DNA of 64,000 bases from Eledone cirrhosa (taxonomy: Eukaryota), in assembly GCA_964016885.1 (NCBI GenBank), contig OZ024759.1, forward strand, positions 6,200,001-6,264,000, given 5' to 3'. A program made the translations under genes and the position numbers. How positions within the stretch are numbered: the stretch's first letter is position 1; each line of letters starts with the position of its first letter. Under the pieces are notes generated by a model. It was not told the DNA's origin, searched no databases, and saw only the letters and a program-made list of their open reading frames with translations. Positions 1 through 15,000 of the stretch are shown one piece after another.

Positions 1-3000
1 CTGTCCACTAGTAAAGATACTATAAACGTTTAGTACAAAACAACACTATGACTATATCACATTAAATATTAAAGTCTTTACTGTAATACTGTAAATATTC
101 ACAACAATCTGTCCACCAGTAAAGATACTATAAACATTTAGTACAAAACAACACTATGACTACATCACATTAAATATTAAAGTCTTTACTGTAATACTGT
201 AAATGTTCACAACAATCTGTCCACTAGTAAAGATACTATAAACGTTTAGTACAAAACAAAACTATGACTACATCACATTAAATATTAAAGTCTTTACTGT
301 AATACTGTAAATATTCACAACAATCTGTCCACCAGTTAAGATACTATAAACATTTAGTACAAAACAACACTATGACTACATCACATTAAATATTAAAGTA
401 TTTACTGTAATACTGTAAATATTCACAACAATCTGTCCACCAGTAAAGATACTATAAACATTTAGTACAAAACAACACTTTGACTACATCACATTAAATA
501 TTACAGTCTTTATTGTAATACTGTAAATATTCACAACAATCTGTCCACCAGTAAAGATACTATAAACATTTAGTACAAAACACTATGACTACATCACATT
601 AAATATTAAAGTCTTTACTGTAATACTGTAAATATTCACAACAATCTGTCCACCAGTAAAGATACTATAAACATTTAGTACAAAAGAATACTATGACTAC
701 ATCACATTAAATATTAAAGTCTTTACTGTAATACTGTAAATGTTCACAACAATTTGTCTACCAGTAAAGATACTATCAACATTTAGTACAAAACAACACT
801 ATGACTACATCACATTAAATATTAAAGTCTTTACTGTAATACTATAAATATTCACAACAATCTGTCTACTAGTAAAGATACTATAAACATTTAGTACAAA
901 ACAATACTATGACTACATCACATTAAATATTAAAGTCTTTACTGTAATACTGTAAATATTCACAACAATCTGTCCACCAGTAAAGATACTATAAACATTT
1001 AGTACAAAACAACACTATGACTACATCACAAAGTCTTTACTGTAATACTGTAAATATTCACAATAATCTGTATACCAGTAAAGATACTATAAACATTTAG
1101 TACAAAACAACACTATGACTACATCACATTAAATATTAAAGTCTTTACTGTAATACTGTAAATGTTCACAACAATCTGTCCACTAGTAAAGATACTATAA
1201 ACGTTTAGTACAAAACAACACTATGACTACATCACATTAAATATTAAAGTCTTTACTGTAATACTGTAAATATTCACAACAATCTGTCCACCAGTAAAGA
1301 TACTATAAACATTTAGTACAAAACAACACTATGACTACATCACAAAGTCTTTACTGTAATACTGTAAATATTCACAATAATCTGTCTACCAGTAAAGATA
1401 CTATAAACATTTAGTACAAAACAACACTATGACTACATCACATTAAATATGAAAGTCTTTACTGTAATACTGTAAATGTTCACAACAATCTGTCCACTAG
1501 TAAAGATACTATAAACGTTTAGTACAAAACAACACTATGACTACATCACATTAAATATTAAAGTCTTTACTGTAATACTGTAAATGTTCACAACAATCTG
1601 TCCGCTAGTAAAGATACTATAAACGTTTAGTACAAAACAACACTATGACTATATCACATTAAATATTAAAGTCTTTACTGTAATACTGTAAATATTCACA
1701 ACAATCTGTCCACCAGTAAAGATGCTATAAACATTTAGTACAAAACAACACTATGACTACATCACATTAAATATTAAAGTCTTTACTGTAATACTGTAAA
1801 TGTTCACAACAATCTGTCCACTAGTAAAGATACTATAAACGTTTAGTACAAAACAAAACTATGACTACATCACATTAAATATTAAAGTCTTTACTGTAAT
1901 ACTGTAAATATTCACAACAATCTGTCCACCAGTTAAGATACTATAAACATTTAGTACAAAACAACACTATGACTACATCACATTAAATATTAAAGTATTT
2001 ACTGTAATACTGTAAATATTCACAACAATCTGTCCACCAGTAAAGATACTATAAACATTTAGTACAAAACAACACTTTGACTACATCACATTAAATATTA
2101 CAGTCTTCACTGTAATACTGTAAATATTCACAACAATCTGTCCACCAGTAAAGATACTATAAACATTTAGTACAAAACACTATGACTACATCACAATAAA
2201 TATTAAAGTCTTTACTGTAATACTGTAAATGTTCACAACAATTTGTCTACCAGTAAAGATACTATCAACATTTAGTACAAAACAACACTATGACTACATC
2301 ACATTAAATATTAAAGTCTTTACTGTAATACTGTAAATATTCACAACAATATGTCCACCAGTAAAGATACTATAAACATTTAGTACAAAACAACACTATG
2401 ACTACATCACATTAAATATTAAAGTCTTTACTGTAATACTGTAAATATTCACAACAATCTGTCCACTAGTAAAGATACTATAAACATTGAGTACAAAACA
2501 ACACTATGACTACATCACATTAAATATTAAAGTCTTTACTGTAATACTGTAAATGTTCACAACAATCTGTCCACCAGTAAAGATACTATCAACATTTAGT
2601 ACAAAACAACACTGACTACATCACATTAAATATTAAAGTCTTTACTGTAATACTGTAAATATTCACAATAATCTGTCTACTAGTAAAGATACTATAAACA
2701 TTTAGTACAAAAGAATACTATGACTACATCACATTAAATATTAAAGTCTTTACTGTAATACTGTAAATATTCACAACAATCTGTCCACCAGTAAAGATAC
2801 TATAAACATTTAGTACAAAACAACACTGACTACATCACATTAAATATTGAAGTCTTTATTGTAATACTGTAAATATTCACAACAATCTGCCCACCAGTAA
2901 AGATACTATCAACATTTAGTACAAAACAACACTATGACTACATCACATTAAATATTAAAGACTTTACTGTAATACTGTAAATGTTCACAACAATCTGTCC

Positions 3001-6000
3001 ACCAGTAAAGATACTATAAACATTTAGTACAAAACAACACTATGACTACATCACATTAAATATTAAAGTCTTTACTGTAATACTATAAATATTCACAACA
3101 ATCTGTCTACTAGTAAAGATACTATAAACATTTAGTACAAAACAATACTATGACTACGTCACATTAAATATTAAAGTCTTTACTGTAATACTGTAAATGT
3201 TCACAACAATCTGTCCACTAGTAAAGATACTATAAACGTTTAGTACAAAACAACACTATGACTACATCACATTAAATATTAAAGTCTTTACTGTAATACT
3301 GTAAATGTTCACAACAATCTGTCCACTAGTAAAGATACTATAAACGTTTAGTACAAAACAACACTATGACTATATCACATTAAATATTAAAGTCTTTACT
3401 GTAATACTGTAAATATTCACAACAATCTGTCCACCAGTAAAGATACTATAAACATTTAGTACAAAACAACACTATGACTACATCACAAAGTCTTTACTGT
3501 AATACTGTAAATATTCACAATAATCTGTCTACCAGTAAAGATACTATAAACATTTAGTACAAAACAACACTATGACTACATCACATTAAATATTAAAGTC
3601 TTTACTGTAATACTGTAAATATTCACAACAATCTGTCCACCAGTAAAGATACTATAAACATTTAGTACAAAACAACACTATGACTACATCACAAAGTCTT
3701 TACTGTAATACTGTAAATATTCACAACAATCTGTCCACCAGTAAAGATACTATAAACATTTAGTACAAAACAACACTATGACTACATCACATTAAATATT
3801 AAAGTCTTTACTGTAATACTGTAAATGTTCACAACAATCTGTCCACTAGTAAAGATACTATAAACGTTTAGTACAAAACAACACTATGACTACATCACAT
3901 TAAATATTAAAGTCTTTACTGTAATACTTTAAATATTCACAACAATCTGTCCACCAGTTAAGATACTATAAACATTTAGTACAAAACAACACTATGACTA
4001 CATCACATTAAATATTAAAGTCTTTACTGTAATACTATAAATATTCACAACAATCTGTCTACTAGTAAAGATACTATAAACATTTAGTACAAAACAATAC
4101 TATGACTACATCACATTAAATATTAAAGTCTTTACTGTAATACTGTAAATATTCACAACAATATGTCCACCAGTAAAGATACTATAAACATTTAGTACAA
4201 AACAACACTATGACTACATCACAAAGTCTTTACTGTAATACTGTAAATATTCACAATAATCTGCCTACCAGTAAAGATACTAAAAACATTTAGTACAAAA
4301 CAACACTATGACTACATCACATTAAATATTAAAGTCTTTACTGTAATACTGTAAATATTCACAACAATCTGTCTACTAGTAAAGATACTATAAACATTTA
4401 GTACAAAACAATACTGTGACTACATCACATTAAATATTAAAGTCTTTACTGTAATACTGTAAATGTTCACAACAATCTGTCCACCAGTAAAGATACTATC
4501 AACATTTAGTACAAAACAACACTATGACTACATCACATTAAATATTAAAGTCTTTACTGTAATACTGTAAATATTCACAACAATCTGTCCACCAGTAAAG
4601 ATACTATAAACATTTAGTACAAAACAACACTGACTACATCACATTAAATATTAAAGTATTTACTGTAATACTGTAAATATTCACAACAATCTGTCCACCA
4701 GTAAAGATACTATAAACATTTAGTACAAAACAACACTATGACTACATCACATTAAATATTAAAGACTTTACTGTAATACTGTAAATGTTCACAACAATCT
4801 GTCCACCAGTAAAGATACTATAAACATTTAGTACAAAACAACACTATGACTACATCACATTAAATATTAAAGTCTTTACTGTAATACTATAAATATTCAC
4901 AACAATCTGTCTACTAGTAAAGATACTATAAACATTTAGTACAAAACAATACCATGACTACATCACATTAAATATTAAAGTCTTTACTGTAATACTGTAA
5001 ATATTCACAACAATCTGTCCACCAGTAAAGATACTATAAACATTTAGTACAAAACAACACTATGACTACATCACATTAAATATTAAAGTCTTTACTGTAA
5101 TACTGTAAATATTCACAACAATCTGTCTACCAGTAAAGATACTATAAACATTTAGTACAAAACAACACTATGACTACATCACATTAAATATTAAAGTCTT
5201 TACTGTAATACTGTAAATGTTCACAACAATCTGTCCACTAGTAAAGATACTATAAACGTTTAGTACAAAACAACACTATGACTACATCACATTAAATATT
5301 AAAGTCTTTACTGTAATACTGTAAATGTTCACAACAATCTGTCCACTAGTAAAGATACTATAAACGTTTAGTACAAAACAACACTATGACTACATCACAT
5401 TAAATATTAAAGTCTTTACTGTAATACTGTAAATATTCACAACAATCTGTCCACCAGTTAAGATACTATAAACATTTAGTACAAAACAACACTATGACTA
5501 CATCACATTAAATATTAAAGTATTTACTGTAATACTGTAAATATTCACAACAATCTGTCCACCAGTAAAGATACTATAAACATTTAGTACAAAACAACAC
5601 TATGACTACATCACATTAAATATTACAGTCTTTACTGTAATACTGTAAATATTCACAACAATCTGTCCACCAGTAAAGATACTATAAACATTTAGTACAA
5701 AACACTATGACTACATCACATTAAATATTAAAGTCTTTACTGTAATACTGTAAATATTCACAACAATCTGTCCACCAGTAAAGATACTATAAACATTTAG
5801 TACAAAAGAATACTATGACTACATCACATTAAATATTAAAGTCTTTACTGTAATACTGTAAATGTTCACAACAATTTGTCTACCAGTAAAGATACTATCA
5901 ACATTTAGTACAAAACAACACTATGACTACATCACATTGAATATTAAAGTCTTTACTGTAATACTGTAAATATTCACAACAATCTGTCTACTAGTAAAGA

Positions 6001-9000
6001 TACTATAAACATTTAGTACAAAAGAATACTGTGACTACATCACATTAAATATTAAAGTCTTTACTGTAATACTGTAAATATTCACAACAATCTGTCCACC
6101 AGTAAAGATACTATAAACATTTAGTACAAAACAACACTATGACTACATCACATTAAATATTAAAGTCTTTACTGTAATACTATAAATTTCCACAACAATC
6201 TGTCTACCAGTAAAGATACTACAAAGATTTAGTACAAAACAACACTATGACTACATCACATTAAATATTAAAGTCTTTACTGTAATACTGTAAATGTTCA
6301 CAACAATCTGTCCACTAGTAAAGATACTATAAACGTTTAGTACAAAACAACACTATGACTATATCACATTAAATATTAAAGTCTTTACTGTAATACTGTA
6401 AATATTCACAACAATCTGTCCACCAGTTAAGATACTATAAACATTTAGTACAAAACAACACTATGACTACATCACATTAAATATTAAAGTCTTTACTGTA
6501 ATACTGTAAATATTCACAACAATCTGTCCACCAGTAAAGATACTATAAACATTTAGTACAAAACAACACTGACTACATCACATTAAATATTGAAGTCTTT
6601 ATTGTAATACTGTAAATATTCACAACAATCTGTCCACCAGTAAAGATACTATAAACATTTAGTACAAAAGAATACTATGACTACATCACATTAAATATTA
6701 AAGTCTTTACTGTAATACTGTAAATATTCACAACAATATGTCCACCAGTAAAGATACTATAAACATTTAGTACAAAACAACACTATGACTACATCACAAA
6801 GTCTTTACTGTAATACTGTAAATATTCACAATAATCTGCCTACCAGTAAAGATACTAAAAACATTTAGTACAAAACAACACTATGACTACATCACATTAA
6901 ATATTAAAGTCTTTACTGTAATACTGTAAATATTCACAACAATCTGTCTACTAGTAAAGATACTATAAACATTTAGTACAAAACAATACTGTGACTACAT
7001 CACATTAAATATTAAAGTCTTTACTGTAATACTGTAAATGTTCACAACAATCTGTCCACCAGTAAAGATACTATCAACATTTAGTACAAAACAACACTAT
7101 GACTACATCACATTAAATATTAAAGTCTTTACTGTAATACTGTAAATATTCACAACAATCTGTCCACCAGTAAAGATACTATAAACATTTAGTACAAAAC
7201 AACACTGACTACATCACATTAAATATTAAAGTATTTACTGTAATACTGTAAATATTCACAACAATCTGTCCACCAGTAAAGATACTATAAACATTTAGTA
7301 CAAAACAACACTATGACTACATCACATTAAATATTAAAGACTTTACTGTAATACTGTAAATGTTCACAACAATCTGTCCACCAGTAAAGATACTATAAAC
7401 ATTTAGTACAAAACAACACTATGACTACATCACATTAAATATTAAAGTCTTTACTGTAATACTATAAATATTCACAACAATCTGTCTACTAGTAAAGATA
7501 CTATAAACATTTAGTACAAAACAATACCATGACTACATCACATTAAATATTAAAGTCTTTACTGTAATACTGTAAATATTCACAACAATCTGTCCACCAG
7601 TAAAGATACTATAAACATTTAGTACAAAACAACACTATGACTACATCACAACAATCTGTCTACCAGTAAAGATACTATAAACATTTAGTACAAAACAACA
7701 CTATGACTACATCACATTAAATATTAAAGTCTTTACTGTAATACTGTAAATGTTCACAACAATCTGTCCACTAGTAAAGATACTATAAACGTTTAGTACA
7801 AAACAACACTATGACTACATCACATTAAATATTAAAGTCTTTACTGTAATACTGTAAATGTTCACAACAATCTGTCCACTAGTAAAGATACTATAAACGT
7901 TTAGTACAAAACAACACTATGACTACATCACATTAAATATTAAAGTCTTTACTGTAATACTGTAAATATTCACAACAATCTGTCCACCAGTTAAGATACT
8001 ATAAACATTTAGTACAAAACAACACTATGACTACATCACATTAAATATTAAAGTATTTACTGTAATACTGTAAATATTCACAACAATCTGTCCACCAGTA
8101 AAGATACTATAAACATTTAGTACAAAACAACACTATGACTACATCACATTAAATATTACAGTCTTTACTGTAATACTGTAAATATTCACAACAATCTGTC
8201 CACCAGTAAAGATACTATAAACATTTAGTACAAAACACTATGACTACATCACATTAAATATTAAAGTCTTTACTGTAATACTGTAAATATTCACAACAAT
8301 CTGTCCACCAGTAAAGATACTATAAACATTTAGTACAAAAGAATACTATGACTACATCACATTAAATATTAAAGTCTTTACTGTAATACTGTAAATGTTC
8401 ACAACAATTTGTCTACCAGTAAAGATACTATCAACATTTAGTACAAAACAACACTATGACTACATCACATTGAATATTAAAGTCTTTACTGTAATACTGT
8501 AAATATTCACAACAATCTGTCTACTAGTAAAGATACTATAAACATTTAGTACAAAAGAATACTGTGACTACATCACATTAAATATTAAAGTCTTTACTGT
8601 AATACTGTAAATATTCACAACAATCTGTCCACCAGTAAAGATACTATAAACATTTAGTACAAAACAACACTATGACTACATCACATTAAATATTAAAGTC
8701 TTTACTGTAATACTATAAATTTCCACAACAATCTGTCTACCAGTAAAGATACTACAAAGATTTAGTACAAAACAACACTATGACTACATCACATTAAATA
8801 TTAAAGTCTTTACTGTAATACTGTAAATGTTCACAACAATCTGTCCACTAGTAAAGATACTATAAACGTTTAGTACAAAACAACACTATGACTATATCAC
8901 ATTAAATATTAAAGTCTTTACTGTAATACTGTAAATATTCACAACAATCTGTCCACCAGTTAAGATACTATAAACATTTAGTACAAAACAACACTATGAC

Positions 9001-12000
9001 TACATCACATTAAATATTAAAGTCTTTACTGTAATACTGTAAATATTCACAACAATCTGTCCACCAGTAAAGATACTATAAACATTTAGTACAAAACAAC
9101 ACTGACTACATCACATTAAATATTGAAGTCTTTATTGTAATACTGTAAATATTCACAACAATCTGTCCACCAGTAAAGATACTATAAACATTTAGTACAA
9201 AACAATACTATGACTACATCACATTAAATATTAAAGTCTTTACTGTAATACTGTAAATATTCACAACAATCTGTCCACCAGTAAAGATACTATCAACATT
9301 TAGTACAAAACAACACTATGACTACATCACATTAAATATTAAAGTCTTTACTGTAATACTATAAATATTCACAACAATCTGTCTACTAGTAAAGATACTA
9401 TAAACATTTAGTACAAAACAATACTATGACTACATCACATTAAATATTAAAGTCTTTACTGTAATACCGTAAATATTCACAACAATATGTCCACCAGTAA
9501 AGATACTATAAACATTTAGTACAAAACAACACTATGACTACATCACATTAAATATTAAAGTCTTTACTGTAATACTGTAAATGTTCACAACAATCTGTCC
9601 ACTAGTAAAGATACTATAAACGTTTAGTACAAAACAACACTATAACTACATCACATTAAATATTAAAGTCTTTACTGTAATACTGTAAATATTCACAACA
9701 ATCTGTCTACTAGTAAAGATACTATAAACATTTAGTACAAAACAATACTGTGACTACATCACATTAAATATTAAAGTCTTTACTGTAATACTGTAAATGT
9801 TCACAACAATCTGTCCACCAGTAAAGATACTATAAACATTTAGTACAAAACAACACTGACTACATCACATTAAATATTAAAGTCTTTACTGTAATACTAT
9901 AAATTTTCACAACAATCTGTCTACTAGTAAAGATACGATAAACATTTAGTACAAAACAACACTATGAATACATCACATTAAATATTAAAGTCTTTACTGT
10001 AATACTGTAAATGTTCACAACAATCTGTCTACCAGTAAAGATACTATCAACATTTAGTACAAAACAACACTATGACTACATCACATTAAATATTAAAATC
10101 TTTACTGTAATACTGTAAATATTCACAACAATCTGTCCACCAGTAAAGATACTATAAACATTTAGTACAAAACAACACTATGACTACATCACATTAAATA
10201 TTAAAGTCTTTACTGTAATACTGTAAATATTCACAACAATCTGTCCACCAGTAAAGATACTATAAACATTTAGTACAAAACAACACTATGACTACATCAC
10301 ATTAAATATTACAGTCTTTACTGTAATACTGTAAATGTTCACAACAATCTGTCTACCAGTAAAGATACTATAAACATTTAGTACAAAACAACACTATGAC
10401 TACATCACATTCAATATTAATGTCTTTACTGTAATACTGTAAATGTTCACAACAATCTGTCCACCAGTAAAGATACTATAAACATTTAGTATAAAACAAC
10501 ACTATGACTACATCACATTAAATATTAAAGTCTTTACTGTAATACTATAAATTTTCACAACCATCTGTATACTAGTAAAGATACTATAAACATTTAGTAC
10601 AAAACAACACTATGACTACATCACATTAAATATTAAAGTCTTTACTGTAATACTGTAAATATTCACAACAATCTGTCCACCAGTAAAGATACTATAAACA
10701 TTTAGTACAAAACAACACTATGACTACATCACATTAAATATTACAGTCTTTACTGTAATACTGTAAATGTTCACAACAATCTGTCTACCAGTAAAGATAC
10801 TATAAACATTTAGTACAAAACAACACTATGACTACACCACATTCAATATTAAAGTCTTTACTGTAATACTATAAATTTACACAACAATCTGTCCACTAGT
10901 AAAGATACTATAAACAATTAGTACAAAACAACACTATGACTACATCACATTAAATATTAAAGTCTTTACTGTAATACTATAAATTTCCACAACAATCTGT
11001 CTACCAGTAAAGATACTATAAACATTTAGTACAAAACAACACTATGACTACATCACATTAAATATTAATGTCTTTACTGTAAATGTTCACAACAATCTGT
11101 CCACCAGTAAAGATACTATAAACATTTAGTACAAAACAACACTATGACTACATCACATTAAATATTAAAGTCTTTACTGTAATACTGTAAATGTTCACAA
11201 CAATCTGTCCACTAGTAAAGATACTATAAACGTTTAGTACAAAACAACACTATGACTATATCACATTAAATATTAAAGTCTTTACTGTAATACTGTAAAT
11301 ATTCACAACAATCTGTCCACCAGTAAAGATACTATAAACATTTAGTACAAAACAACACTGACTACATCACAAAGTCTTTACTGTAATACTGTAAATATTC
11401 ACAATAATCTGTCTACCAGTAAAGATACTATAAACATTTAGTACAAAACAACACTATGACTACATCACATTAAATATTAAAGTCTTTACTGTAATACTGT
11501 AAATGTTCACAACAATCTGTCCACTAGTAAAGATACTATAAACGTTTAGTACAAAACAACACTATGACTACATCACATTAAATATTAAAGTCTTTACTGT
11601 AATACTTTAAATATTCACAACAATCTGTCCACCAGTTAAGATACTATAAACATTTAGTACAAAACAACACTATGACTACATCACATTAAATATTAAAGTC
11701 TTTACTGTAATACTATAAATATTCACAACAATCTGTCTACTAGTAAAGATACTATAAACATTTAGTACAAAACAATACTATGACTACATCACATTAAATA
11801 TTAAAGTCTTTACTGTAATACTGTAAATATTCACAACAATATGTCCACCAGTAAAGATACTATAAACATTTAGTACAAAACAACACTATGACTACATCAC
11901 AAAGTCTTTACTGTAATACTGTAAATATTCACAATAATCTGCCTACCAGTAAAGATACTATAAACATTTAGTACAAAACAACACTATGACTACATCACAT

Positions 12001-15000
12001 TAAATATTAAAGTCTTTACTGTAATACTGTAAATGTTCACAACAATCTGTCCACTAGTAAAGATACTATAAACGTTTAGTACAAAACAACACTATGACTA
12101 CATCACATTAAATATTAAAGTCTTTACTGTAATACTGTAAATATTCACAATAATCTGTCTACTAGTAAAGATACTATAAACATTTAGTACAAAAGAATAC
12201 TATGACTACATCACATTAAATATTAAAGTCTTTACTGTAATACTGTAAATATTCACAACAATCTGTCCACCAGTAAAGATACTATAAACATTTAGTACAA
12301 AACAACACTGACTACATCACATTAAATATTAAAGTATTTACTGTAATACTGTAAATATTCACAACAATCTGTCCACCAGTAAAGATACTATAAACATTTA
12401 GTACAAAACAACACTATGACTACATCACATTAAATATTAAAGACTTTACTGTAATACTGTAAATGTTCACAACAATCTGTCCACCAGTAAAGATACTATA
12501 AACATTTAGTACAAAACAACACTATGACTACATCACATTAAATATTAAAGTCTTTACTGTAATACTATAAATATTCACAACAATCTGTCTACTAGTAAAG
12601 ATACTATAAACATTTAGTACAAAACAATACCATGACTACATCACATTAAATATTAAAGTCTTTACTGTAATACTGTAAATATTCACAACAATCTGTCCAC
12701 CAGTAAAGATACTATAAACATTTAGTACAAAACAACACTATGACTACATCACATTAAATATTAAAGTCTTTACTGTAATACTGTAAATGTTCACAACAAT
12801 CTGTCCACTAGTAAAGATACTATAAACGTTTAGTACAAAACAACACTATGACTATATCACATTAAATATTAAAGTCTTTACTGTAATACTGTAAATATTC
12901 ACAACAATCTGTCCACCAGTAAAGATACTATAAACATTTAGTACAAAACAACACTGACTACATCACAAAGTCTTTACTGTAATACTGTAAATATTCACAA
13001 TAATCTGTCTACCAGTAAAGATACTATAAACATTTAGTACAAAACAACACTATGACTACATCACATTAAATATTAAAGTCTTTACTGTAATACTGTAAAT
13101 GTTCACAACAATCTGTCCACTAGTAAAGATACTATAAACGTTTAGTACAAAACAACACTATGACTACATCACATTAAATATTAAAGTCTTTACTGTAATA
13201 CTGTAAATATTCACAACAATCTGTCCACCAGTAAAGATACTATAAACATTTAGTACAAAACAATACTATGACTACATCACATTAAATATTAAAGTCTTTA
13301 CTGTAATACTGTAAATATTCACAACAATCTGTCCACCAGTAAAGATACTATCAACATTTAGTACAAAACAACACTATGACTACATCACATTAAATTTTAA
13401 AGTCTTTACTGTAATACTATAAATATTCACAACAATCTGTCTACTAGTAAAGATACTATAAACATTTAGTACAAAACAATACTATGACTACATCACATTA
13501 AATATTAAAGTCTTTACTGTAATACTGTAAATATTCACAACAATATGTCCACCAGTAAAGATACTATAAACATTTAGTACAAAACAACACTATGACTACA
13601 TCACAAAGTCTTTACTGTAATACTGTAAATATTCACAATAATCTGTCTACCAGTAAAGATACTATAAACATTTAGTACAAAACAACACTATGACTACATC
13701 ACATTAAATATTAAAGTCTTTACTGTAATACTATAAATTTCCACAACAATCTGTCTACCAGTAAAGATACTATAAACATTTAGTACAAAACAACACTATG
13801 ACTACATCACATTAAATATTAATGTCTTTACTGTAAATGTTCACAACAATCTGTCCACCAGTAAAGATACTATAAACATTTAGTACAAAACAACACTATG
13901 ACTACATCACATTAAATATTAAAGTCTTTACTGTAATACTGTAAATGTTCACAACAATCTGTCCACTAGTAAAGATACTATAAACGTTTAGTACAAAACA
14001 ACACTATGACTATATCACATTAAATATTAAAGTCTTTACTGTAATACTGTAAATATTCACAACAATCTGTCCACCAGTAAAGATACTATAAACATTTAGT
14101 ACAAAACAACACTGACTACATCACAAAGTCTTTACTGTAATACTGTAAATATTCACAATAATCTGTCTACCAGTAAAGATACTATAAACATTTAGTACAA
14201 AACAACACTATGACTACATCACATTAAATATTAAAGTCTTTACTGTAATACTGTAAATGTTCACAACAATCTGTCCACTAGTAAAGATACTATAAACGTT
14301 TAGTACAAAACAACACTATGACTACATCACATTAAATATTAAAGTCTTTACTGTAATACTTTAAATATTCACAACAATCTGTCCACCAGTTAAGATACTA
14401 TAAACATTTAGTACAAAACAACACTATGACTACATCACATTAAATATTAAAGTCTTTACTGTAATACTATAAATATTCACAACAATCTGTCTACTAGTAA
14501 AGATACTATAAACATTTAGTACAAAACAATACTATGACTACATCACATTAAATATTAAAGTCTTTACTGTAATACTGTAAATATTCACAACAATATGTCC
14601 ACCAGTAAAGATACTATAAACATTTAGTACAAAACAACACTATGACTACATCACAAAGTCTTTACTGTAATACTGTAAATATTCACAATAATCTGCCTAC
14701 CAGTAAAGATACTATAAACATTTAGTACAAAACAACACTATGACTACATCACATTAAATATTAAAGTCTTTACTGTAATACTGTAAATGTTCACAACAAT
14801 CTGTCCACTAGTAAAGATACTATAAACGTTTAGTACAAAACAACACTATGACTACATCACATTAAATATTAAAGTCTTTACTGTAATACTGTAAATATTC
14901 ACAATAATCTGTCTACTAGTAAAGATACTATAAACATTTAGTACAAAAGAATACTATGACTACATCACATTAAATATTAAAGTCTTTACTGTAATACTGT

